This document shows positions 30,877 to 39,028 of a stretch of DNA of 64,000 nucleotides, piece by piece (positions within the stretch are counted from its first letter, which is position 1; every line of letters starts with the position of its first letter). The notes under the pieces were generated by a model. It searched no databases and was not told the DNA's origin. It saw nothing but the letters and a program-made list of their open reading frames with translations. The translations under genes and the position numbers were made by a program. Origin of the DNA: an uncultured Chitinophagales bacterium (GTDB lineage Bacteria > Bacteroidota > Bacteroidia > Chitinophagales > S012-47); NCBI GenBank assembly GCA_964422925.1, contig CAYRDC010000013.1:4334-68333 (forward strand), written 5' to 3'.

Positions 30877-32244
30877 TTGTCCGGTTTCATTGATAGCATC
30901 CATTCCGGCTGGCGGAAACTCTGGATCCCGCTTAACGTGTCCCTGCTGGCCTATCTCCTGATGGCTTATGGCACGGAACGCGGGGATGCCTGGCAGGTGC
31001 TCATTCAATACGGAATTCTATTCGGTTGCTTTACCTGGATTTTCAGGAAATCCGATGGCAAATCCATTCCGTTTCTGCTGCTTGCCGGCATCATGTTTCG
31101 CTTGTTGTTTTTAGTGCACACACCAGCCCTGTCGGATGATTATCTGCGCTATTTATGGGACGGGCACCTGGTTAATGCAGGCTTGAATCCCTATAACCTG
31201 CTTCCCTCGGAAGCTGCCGGTACAATGGCCAAAGAAGTGCCGGAGCAAATGCTCCGCTTGGTGCTTTCCAAAGATTATTATTCGGTTTATCCGCCATTCA
31301 GCCAGTCGGTGTTCGGGATGGCGGTATTCATTGCCCCCGGCAGCCTTGCAGGACAGATTCTTTTTTTGCGCCTTTTCATTTTACTGACCGAGGTCCTGTC
31401 GCTTGTGCTGATCACCCGTTTATTGGATCATTTTAACCAGCCCCGGAAAAAAGCCCTGCTGTACGCGCTGAACCCGCTGGTTATTATAGAATTAAGCGGC
31501 AACCTGCACATGGAAGCCCTGATGATCGGCTTTCTGTTGATGGCTGTTTGGTTATTGGTACTGGAAAAACCCTTTCCGGCCGGTCTGGCCTTTGCGCTGG
31601 CTGTTTCGGCCAAACTCATTCCCTTGATGTTCCTTCCAATCCTCCTGCTGAAACCGGGCCGGAAAAATGCACTCCTGTTTTTCTCAAGCGTTTTAGGGTT
31701 TACCGGTTTACTGACATTGCCTTTCTTTAACGCGGAAATGCTTCGCCACTTTTGGCAAAGCCTGCGGCTTTACTTTCACTTATTCGAATTCAACGGAAGT
31801 CTTTATTATGTCGTGCGTTGGATTGGATTCCAGGTAAAGGGCTATAATATCATTCACGAGGCTGGCCCGGTGTTTTCCTTGATCACCCTGTTGGCCGTTT
31901 GTATGATCAGTTTTGTCTGCCGTAAAAAAGGATGGCCGGTAATCTTTCAGGCCATGCTTTGGTCGCTGGCTTTGTATTTTCTGCTGGCCACTACGGTCAA
32001 TCCCTGGTACATCACCTCTATGGTTGCGCTGGGTCTTTTTTCGAACTATCGCTTTTACCTGGTATGGTCACTAACTGTCACTTTGAGTTATTTTGCCTAT
32101 GCCGGTGGGGGATTTCATGAGGCAACTTGGATACTATGGTTTGAATACCTGCCGGTATACGGATTCCTCCTTATGGACCTGATAAAACCCAAGCCGAATG
32201 TCCCGATTCAACGAATGGCAGCTTCGTCAGAGAGCCTCCATTAA
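30877..32244 (+). CDS. GT-C fold membrane glycosyltransferase (GT87/mannosyltransferase-like)
   Basis: LSDDYLRYLWDG, NPY, YPP, NPLVIIE..GNLHME, NPWY; many TM segments. Confidence 0.8.
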   Translation: MSGFIDSIHSGWRKLWIPLNVSLLAYLLMAYGTERGDAWQVLIQYGILFGCFTWIFRKSDGKSIPFLLLAGIMFRLLFLVHTPALSDDYLRYLWDGHLVNAGLNPYNLLPSEAAGTMAKEVPEQMLRLVLSKDYYSVYPPFSQSVFGMAVFIAPGSLAGQILFLRLFILLTEVLSLVLITRLLDHFNQPRKKALLYALNPLVIIELSGNLHMEALMIGFLLMAVWLLVLEKPFPAGLAFALAVSAKLIPLMFLPILLLKPGRKNALLFFSSVLGFTGLLTLPFFNAEMLRHFWQSLRLYFHLFEFNGSLYYVVRWIGFQVKGYNIIHEAGPVFSLITLLAVCMISFVCRKKGWPVIFQAMLWSLALYFLLATTVNPWYITSMVALGLFSNYRFYLVWSLTVTLSYFAYAGGGFHEATWILWFEYLPVYGFLLMDLIKPKPNVPIQRMAASSESLH

Positions 32245-32755
32245 AATTGCCCGCTTGCTGCCCATGCTTCAGCAGGGACAATCCATCCTGGACATAGGTA
32301 CAGGAAACGGTGCCGTATGCCAAATGCTAATGGAAAAGGGGTTCCATGTAACCCCTGCGGATATCCGGAACAAAAGCCGGTTTCCGAAAGTGAAGCCCGT
32401 CTTCTTCGATGGTGAAAACCTTCCTTTCGCGGAAAATTCCTTTGAGATCTGCCTGCTGCTGACCGTTTTGCACCATGCCCATAAGCCGGATCAATTGCTT
32501 CAGGAAGCGGTACGGGTATCTTCAACGTACCTGATTATCATTGAAGATGTATATACCAATGCCTTCCAGAAATACCTCACTTTTTTCATGGACAGCCTGG
32601 TGAATCTTGAAATAAAGAACCATCCGCACAATAACAGGACCTCCAAACAATGGGAACAGGCTTTTGACAGGTTAGGGTTGAAAATTATCCGGAAAGAGGA
32701 AAAAGCGTTTCTATGGTTTTTCCGGCAGGCAACTTATCTACTGAAAAAGCGATAA
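32198..32755 (+). CDS. Class I SAM-dependent methyltransferase
   Basis: ILDIGTGNG, LPFAENSFE, VLHH. Confidence 0.85.
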   Translation: MSRFNEWQLRQRASIKIARLLPMLQQGQSILDIGTGNGAVCQMLMEKGFHVTPADIRNKSRFPKVKPVFFDGENLPFAENSFEICLLLTVLHHAHKPDQLLQEAVRVSSTYLIIIEDVYTNAFQKYLTFFMDSLVNLEIKNHPHNNRTSKQWEQAFDRLGLKIIRKEEKAFLWFFRQATYLLKKR

Positions 32756-32758
32756 AAT

Positions 32759-32789
32759 GAAAACGGGCTACACCCGGCAGCCCGTTTTC
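32759..32789. terminator. Bidirectional intrinsic terminator
   Basis: GAAAACGGGCT-N9-AGCCCGTTTTC between convergent genes. Confidence 0.75.
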
Positions 32790-32811
32790 TATATCTGTCA
32801 ACTGTATTTAC

Positions 32812-34434
32812 TTAGTCGGCAATTTTGAATTCTACCCTCCGGTTCATGAAATGCTCGTTGCTCTTATGAGCATCTTTCACCAGCGGGTTGGATTCTCCCA
32901 GGTATTTTATATTAAACCTGGACTTGTCAATTCCATAGTTGTCAACCAAGAACTGAACGGCATTTTCAGCCCGTTTTTTGGAAAGTTCCAGGTTATATTC
33001 TTCGGTATACCGGGTATCGGCATTACCGATTACATCCACTTTCATTTTCGGATAGCGCTGAAGGATGCTGGCAATTTGTGCCATGTTTTCATAATCTTCA
33101 GCACGGATATCGGCTTTATCAGTATTAAAGTGGATGGAAGGCAGATACCAACCGCGGGCGTTTTCACGGATCAGTTCCTTTACCCTTTCTTCCGACAGGC
33201 CTTCGGGCCATTGGGTTTTGCAATCCACAATGGGATAGGAAGGTGAGCTGAACGGTTCGGGATCGTCATAATCCGGGCAACCGTCACCGTCACTGTCTTT
33301 GGTACGTCCTTTGGCGTCCACAGGAGCTCCTTCCGGAGTATTCAGTTCTTCATCCCACAGATCGGGCACACCGTCATTGTCGCCATCGTCAAAGTTGGTC
33401 TTCTTTTCAAGATAATCCAGATTTTGGTATACATAATCCAGTGGGTTGATCAACCATTCAGGTTCAGTAGCTTTTTTCCCTAGGTTAATGCCTAAACCAA
33501 TACTGGTATAATGATAGGCATCATTGTTGGATGTAAGCGTTGGTTTATTGGTAGCCGTTTGGGGCTCTTCCCAACGCTGTCCATCCAGAAGGTCGTCATC
33601 CACTAACCCTATTTTGTGCTCAAAACTTAGTACAAAACGTTTGGACAGCCGGAAATCAGCTCCAACACCTGCCGAAAGGACGATGTCAGAACTATGCCCC
33701 TGGAACCGGTAACGGTCCGGGTTGATTTCAGCAGGAGTTTCATAAGTGCCATCCCAGATATTATGTACATAATCCCACTGGGTTGATTTAGTTTTATAAT
33801 TATCAGATTTGACCGGTGAGGATTCATAATCGTACATATCTCCGTTGGAATCCAACTGATCCAGGAAAGTATCATACCACATACCTCCAACGCCCACCAG
33901 GAAATATGGGCTTACGGAGATTTTACTGGAATGGAACCTGATGTTATTGAGATTCAGAATACCGTCCACCGAAAGTTCATTCATCTTAGCTTTAAAATTA
34001 TGGTAGACGAAGCCGCTATGGTTCACTTCATCATAGTAATCCACGGCCGGATCGTTTTGACCGTTTAAGGCTGCATTATTGGCAATCCCATAGCTGGGCA
34101 TCCAGTTGGCCCCATAGGCATTGCCCTTGAGATATTGCAGACGAAGTGAGAATGAATACCCAAGTGCTTTACGTACGGTAAGGCCGTATCCATAACCAAA
34201 TTTTGACCTTACATCACCAAAAACACGCAGCATTCCAGTGTTAACACCTACCTGCCACATGGATCTGGGTTTGGCCGGATAAGGATCTTCTCCTTTTAAC
34301 CATTTTTCATGCTGTGGTTTCCTGAAATCAGGAATCAGATCCGGATCAGGACCGGGCCGCTCGGGCAACTGGGCAAGTGCTACCGTGCTCAGTAAAACAG
34401 CCAACGACAGTAAAAGGTAGTTTCTTTTCAACAT
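32812..34434 (-). CDS. OmpA family outer-membrane protein with thrombospondin type-3 repeats
   Basis: Signal peptide, barrel region, DGDNDGVPD/DSDGDGCPD repeats, YNLELSKKRA...NRRVEF. Confidence 0.92.
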   Translation of the reverse strand: MLKRNYLLLSLAVLLSTVALAQLPERPGPDPDLIPDFRKPQHEKWLKGEDPYPAKPRSMWQVGVNTGMLRVFGDVRSKFGYGYGLTVRKALGYSFSLRLQYLKGNAYGANWMPSYGIANNAALNGQNDPAVDYYDEVNHSGFVYHNFKAKMNELSVDGILNLNNIRFHSSKISVSPYFLVGVGGMWYDTFLDQLDSNGDMYDYESSPVKSDNYKTKSTQWDYVHNIWDGTYETPAEINPDRYRFQGHSSDIVLSAGVGADFRLSKRFVLSFEHKIGLVDDDLLDGQRWEEPQTATNKPTLTSNNDAYHYTSIGLGINLGKKATEPEWLINPLDYVYQNLDYLEKKTNFDDGDNDGVPDLWDEELNTPEGAPVDAKGRTKDSDGDGCPDYDDPEPFSSPSYPIVDCKTQWPEGLSEERVKELIRENARGWYLPSIHFNTDKADIRAEDYENMAQIASILQRYPKMKVDVIGNADTRYTEEYNLELSKKRAENAVQFLVDNYGIDKSRFNIKYLGESNPLVKDAHKSNEHFMNRRVEFKIAD

Positions 34435-34764
34435 ATTGGTAGATTTAGTTTCAGGAAAAGTAAGCGCAATTTAAGTAAATTCCAATAATTTGCCACAACT
34501 GACAAAAATAAGTTTCTTTCACATTTATTCCAACAAGCTGATCGCCTATTCTTTTACCCTCTCACATCGGGTAAGCTAAACGGGGGTTTTGCCACCAAAA
34601 GAGTCCAATCAATCCTTTCGGAAGGATAAATATAATGTTTTCGGAAAACTTAGCAATGGATTTTACAAAATTTTCTGCCTTATTCCTAAAATTTCCCGGA
34701 ATAGAACAGCCGTTTTCAGGCACAATACTCCAAAAAACAGTACCGGAAGGGTTTTATACCCAGG

Positions 34765-35421
34765 TTATGAGACTGCACGGGCTAAAAACCGGTTCAGGGG
34801 GACCATATGTTGAAATACCTTCAGGCAATACGGTACAAAATCCTTATTCAGACTGATTTTCTCATCAAAAGGATGAACCATAATAAAACTCTTGTGCCGC
34901 AGGTATTTTATCATTGGATGATCAACCGAATAGCCATAAGGAGCTTTTTTCAGCGTTTCGCCCTGCAATGAGCCGAAATACTTGATGAAATCCTCTGATT
35001 GTACGATTTCAAGGAATTCCTCCCGACAATAGTCAATTTCCTGGCGGATGGCTGACAGCATGGCCTTATCCGGGGCATAAACTCCTCCGGCCAGGAAAGC
35101 CGTTCCCGGTTCCAGATGGATATAGTATCCCGGACCGGGTGATTTGCGCCCGCCAACGGCTATATGACTGCCAAAATGTTCTTTATAGGGCTTTTTATCC
35201 TTGCTGAACCGGATATCACGGTATATCCGGAAAATGCAATCCTTCACCGGAAGGCCAATAATACCCGGTTCAAATACCTGTATGCCTTCGATTAACCGGC
35301 CGGTTAACTGCTCAAAATCCATTAAGGCATCTTTATACCTTAACTTATTGACATTGAACCAATCCCGTTTATTGTTTTTCTTCAGATCCTTCAAAAATTG
35401 AAGGGTGCTTTTCCGGATCAT
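34765..35421 (-). CDS. DUF2461 (TIGR02453) family protein
   Basis: FLKDLKKNNKRDWF, FRIYRDIRFSKDKKPYK, GYYIHLEP. Confidence 0.9.
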   Translation of the reverse strand: MIRKSTLQFLKDLKKNNKRDWFNVNKLRYKDALMDFEQLTGRLIEGIQVFEPGIIGLPVKDCIFRIYRDIRFSKDKKPYKEHFGSHIAVGGRKSPGPGYYIHLEPGTAFLAGGVYAPDKAMLSAIRQEIDYCREEFLEIVQSEDFIKYFGSLQGETLKKAPYGYSVDHPMIKYLRHKSFIMVHPFDEKISLNKDFVPYCLKVFQHMVPLNRFLARAVS

Positions 35422-35472
35422 ACACAGACTATAAATGATTAAAAGTAAATTCGCCCATTAATCTTTTGCAAC

Positions 35473-35826
35473 ATGACCGTTACGGATAAAAGTAAACAAC
35501 CCCAGGCGGAAATCAGCATCCGCCTGTATCTGGACCAGGAAAAATTACCTGAAAAAATGGAATGGCGGGCCACAGATGCCCCTTTTGAGGGATACAAGGA
35601 ATGCAAGGCATTTCTACTCTCAATATTTGATCCAGAAGACCGCAATACCCTCCGTGTTGATATTTGGAACAAAGACATGCGCCTTGATGAAATGTACCAG
35701 TTTTTCTATCAAACCCTATTATCGATGGCCGATACATTTGAACGGGCTACCAATCATCAGGAAGCTGCCGGGGAATTAAGGGAATTCGGCACTTCTTTCG
35801 GGAAAAAACTGGGTATCGTTCGCTGA
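35473..35826 (+). CDS. gldC: Gliding motility protein GldC
   Basis: LD...PEKMEWRA.D, KAFLLS.FD, LRVDIW.KDM, MADTFERAT. Confidence 0.88.
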   Translation: MTVTDKSKQPQAEISIRLYLDQEKLPEKMEWRATDAPFEGYKECKAFLLSIFDPEDRNTLRVDIWNKDMRLDEMYQFFYQTLLSMADTFERATNHQEAAGELREFGTSFGKKLGIVR

Positions 35827-35830
35827 AACC

Positions 35831-36808
35831 CTAACAGCATCCCCCTCCGTCATAATGCCAGGTAGACGGGGAAATAAATATATTATCCCGTTCAAGCCCG
35901 GCCAGGGCCGCTGCCGTTTTATCGCATACCGATAAGGGCTGATTTTGCATCAATACATGCCCCTTCCCGTCATCGTAAAATTCATTATCACCAAAATAAA
36001 TAGCAGTCTTCCCGGTGAAAATGCAGGGCCCGTCAGGTGGAATAGGTTCTTTAATGGCGCATACTTCCACACTTTCAATGTATATCAACCGATCGACCGC
36101 GTAGTGTTTTGGATCCAATACCCGATAGGGTCTCCGGGCCCGGACCTCAATGGTTCCAAAACCTGTTTCAGCCAGCAATTGAAGGTATTGGTTCAGGGGA
36201 ATGGCCCCGCTCAGGCACAAGGCCCGCAAGCGCTCGTCAGACCGCACATGATCCGGGATGTAATCATCACAAACCGGGTCAGACAAAACCAGCCGGCCAT
36301 GGGGCTTCAAAACACGGTACATTTCTTCCAGGGCCTTTTTCAGGTCGGTTTCCTTGAAAATATTAAACAGGCAATTTTGCGCGGCCACATCCACGGATTT
36401 ATCTTCTAAAGGGATTTCCAGGGCTGATCCTTTTATGAGTTGAACAAAGTCTCGGTGAAACCAATCGTTTTCCTGTTCGGCCAGCTTCAGGTTCTCGTGG
36501 CATTTTTCAAGCATTTCATCCACGATATCTGCTCCGACTACCCCATGTGGTTGCCGGCTGAAATAAGCAAACTGAAGCAATTCCATGCCTCCTCCAACCC
36601 CGACATAGAGAATGCGGGGATTACCCGTAAGGTCGCGCGGATTCACGGTGGAGCCACAGCCGTAGTTCATTTCTTTCATGATTTCCGGGACATTCAGCCC
36701 GGGGAAATGCCACATCGGGGTGGTAGTGCAGCAAAGGCCGACATCAGGGGTTTCAGCAGCCTGGCGGTATACATCTGCGGTGATTTTCAGGTAACTATCC
36801 TTTTTCAT
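35831..36808 (-). CDS. arsM: Arsenite S-adenosylmethionine methyltransferase, arsenosugar-associated
   Basis: Conserved Cys motifs GLCC, YGCG, NCLFN, LCLSGA, SVCDKT and C-terminal GGGCC; in an operon with arsS. Confidence 0.85.
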   Translation of the reverse strand: MKKDSYLKITADVYRQAAETPDVGLCCTTTPMWHFPGLNVPEIMKEMNYGCGSTVNPRDLTGNPRILYVGVGGGMELLQFAYFSRQPHGVVGADIVDEMLEKCHENLKLAEQENDWFHRDFVQLIKGSALEIPLEDKSVDVAAQNCLFNIFKETDLKKALEEMYRVLKPHGRLVLSDPVCDDYIPDHVRSDERLRALCLSGAIPLNQYLQLLAETGFGTIEVRARRPYRVLDPKHYAVDRLIYIESVEVCAIKEPIPPDGPCIFTGKTAIYFGDNEFYDDGKGHVLMQNQPLSVCDKTAAALAGLERDNIFISPSTWHYDGGGCC

Positions 36809-36821
36809 AAATCAGTTCTTT

Positions 36822-37445
36822 TCAGGCAGTCCGGTCTGCCCGTTTTTGTTCAAATCCGTTATTCACCAGGTCTTCATAGGTGTCAATATCTATTAACCGG
36901 GGCAAGAGATGGATTGTCAGGTTCAACCGGGCAGCCTGTGCCAGCGTTTGTTCCAGGACCCGCTCTGTGCCCCAGTCGATTTTGCGAAACAGGCCGGGAT
37001 ACGGCTTTTTCGAACCGATCAGGTAATAGCCGCCATCATTGGCCGGGCCGATCACCAAATCGTTCGAGTCGAGCGCCCGGAAAGCATCGGTCAGGATTAC
37101 CGCGTTCAGGTCAGGGGTGTCGCTGCCTATCAAAACGGCTTTCTTCATGCCATCTTCCAGCACCTCCTGCATAGCTTTTTTCATTTTATGCCCGAGATCC
37201 CCGTTTGACTGAAGATATTTTTCATACACCAGGTTATCGAACAGGTCGCGATCATCAATAAACCGGTCGTAAAAAACCATTTTCCGGTAATTCAAACCTT
37301 CGGTATTGATCACCAATTCTTCCAACAGGTGCTGATAAATAGTCAACGCCCGCTCCAACCCGACTTCTTCCGCCAGGCGGGTTTTTACCAATCCCTTCAG
37401 GGGATTTCTCACAAAAATGATAAGGGCTTCTTCTCTCCAAAACAT
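36822..37445 (-). CDS. TIGR04282/DUF2064 family arsenosugar-associated glycosyltransferase-like protein
   Basis: FVRNP..G.VKTRLA, Q...DLG.KM, IGSDTP, GPANDGGYYLIG, DIDTYEDL. Confidence 0.88.
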   Translation of the reverse strand: MFWREEALIIFVRNPLKGLVKTRLAEEVGLERALTIYQHLLEELVINTEGLNYRKMVFYDRFIDDRDLFDNLVYEKYLQSNGDLGHKMKKAMQEVLEDGMKKAVLIGSDTPDLNAVILTDAFRALDSNDLVIGPANDGGYYLIGSKKPYPGLFRKIDWGTERVLEQTLAQAARLNLTIHLLPRLIDIDTYEDLVNNGFEQKRADRTA

Positions 37446-37455
37446 AATCTGAACA

Positions 37456-38508
37456 TTATTCAGCCAGGACCCCGCCACAAGATGAACCGGCTCCGGCTGT
37501 GCATCCGTAGCAATGCTGGTTCACGACAATGGTCCTTCCGGCCAGCTTTTTTTCATCAAAAGCGCTGATATGCCGGGGCGCTTTTGCCTCCAGCCCTATC
37601 TGCAGCATTTGATTAAAATCACAGTCGTATAAATAGCCATCCCACCCCACGGAAATCATCGTCCGGCACATGACATTTACCGCAGCTACCGGATTGAATG
37701 AATTGACCAGTTTTTCCATGTATCTTTCGTAATTGCCTGACAGCAGCAGGTATTCCAGAAAACGGCTGATGGGCAGGTTGGTAATTGTGTACAGGGAATT
37801 GAATGTAATACCATAATCCCTTGCCAGATTTCGCTTAAACTGAGCTTCCAGTTCTTTTTGGGAAGGCGGCAAAAATGCGCCCGAAGGATTGTACACCAGA
37901 TTCAGGACCAACTCACTGCCATTGGCACCATACCCCACGGCATTAAGCATTTGCAGGGCTTTGATCGATTTCTCAAAAACCCCATCGCCCCGCTGGCTGT
38001 CCGTTTTCCGTTTGGTATAGTAAGGAAGGGAAGAAATCACTTCCACCTGGTGGTCGCGGAAAAATTCCGGAAGGTCGTTGTATTTTGGATTGGCCAGTAT
38101 AATGGTGAGGTTGCTGCGCACCATAATATGCGCGTTTCTTTTCTTCAGTTCCGTGACAAACCAGCGGAAATCCGGGTTCATTTCCGGTGCGCCTCCGGTA
38201 AGGTCAACCGTATGAATGCGGCTGTTTTCCAGCGCCTCCAGACATTGTTGCATGGTTTCACGCGTCATGATTTCCTTCCGGTCAGGGCCGGCATCCACGT
38301 GGCAATGACTGCAGATCTGATTGCACATATAGCCCATATTGATCTGCATGGTATCCACGGACTGGGCTTTCAGGGGAAACAGTTTGTAATCGTGCAGTGT
38401 GGCCTCAAAAGATGGAATTTCCACCTTTTCTTCTTCCTGGCCGTTTAACACCTTCAACTGGACCCTGAAATCGGCCAAATCACTCCTTCTTGCATGTAAT
38501 GATTTCAT
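37456..38508 (-). CDS. arsS: Arsenosugar biosynthesis radical SAM protein ArsS (Cys form)
   Basis: CNQICSHC (CxxxCxxC), DLTGGAPE, YDCDFNQ, HCYGCTAGAGSSCGG. Confidence 0.92.
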   Translation of the reverse strand: MKSLHARRSDLADFRVQLKVLNGQEEEKVEIPSFEATLHDYKLFPLKAQSVDTMQINMGYMCNQICSHCHVDAGPDRKEIMTRETMQQCLEALENSRIHTVDLTGGAPEMNPDFRWFVTELKKRNAHIMVRSNLTIILANPKYNDLPEFFRDHQVEVISSLPYYTKRKTDSQRGDGVFEKSIKALQMLNAVGYGANGSELVLNLVYNPSGAFLPPSQKELEAQFKRNLARDYGITFNSLYTITNLPISRFLEYLLLSGNYERYMEKLVNSFNPVAAVNVMCRTMISVGWDGYLYDCDFNQMLQIGLEAKAPRHISAFDEKKLAGRTIVVNQHCYGCTAGAGSSCGGVLAE

Positions 38509-38873
38509 GAAAACTCCCGGTGTTCCCTGCGAGGCATTCGCATACTCAGTTGTTCAACCTTGTTCATCATCTGGATGCCATGGATCAGGGAAGCTCCGCC
38601 CCGTATGGCCGCGGCCACATGCACTGCCTCCATCATCTGTGTCTCATCAGCCCCTTTTTCCAGACTTGCTTCCGTATATGCCTCAATACAATAAGGACAT
38701 TGAATGGCATGGGCTACTGCCAGGGCAATCAGGGCTTTTTCCCTTTCGGTCAAAGCGCCTCCCTTGAAAACGCTATTGTAATAACCAAAAAACTTTTTGG
38801 CAAGTTCTGGTTCATACTCTCCGATATCTCCGAATTTGTTCAGATCGGCAGGGTCGTAATACGTGTTGCTCAT
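38505..38873 (-). CDS. Arsenosugar-associated peroxidase-like CMD/AhpD protein
   Basis: GALTEREKALIALAV...QCPYCI, EAVHVAAAIRGGA. Confidence 0.88.
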   Translation of the reverse strand: MSNTYYDPADLNKFGDIGEYEPELAKKFFGYYNSVFKGGALTEREKALIALAVAHAIQCPYCIEAYTEASLEKGADETQMMEAVHVAAAIRGGASLIHGIQMMNKVEQLSMRMPRREHREFS

Positions 38874-38972
38874 GATGTCTGATTTTTTACGGGTTAGGAT
38901 GTCTGGAATGTCTGTAACGGACCTTATTATGCAACAAATCTATGCGCTTTCGGTTCCTTACAAAACCAAACC

Positions 38973-39005
38973 AAAAAAAAGCCGCTCTGAAATTGAGCAG
39001 CTTTT
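38973..39005 (-). terminator. Intrinsic terminator after the 2000-aa T9SS gene
   Basis: AAAAGCCGCTC-N7-GAGCAGCTTTT with a U-tract on the minus strand. Confidence 0.65.
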
Positions 39006-39028
39006 AACAAATCTTTCAGATTCCGGTT

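Noticed and set aside
34435-34764. c-di-GMP or other riboswitch upstream of the OmpA gene
   Set aside because: A GGCAAAACC-like word is present, but the second conserved stem is not.
37456-37500. Selenocysteine in ArsS
   Set aside because: The GSS-x-GG codon is TGT (Cys), and no in-frame TGA is seen in the ars genes.
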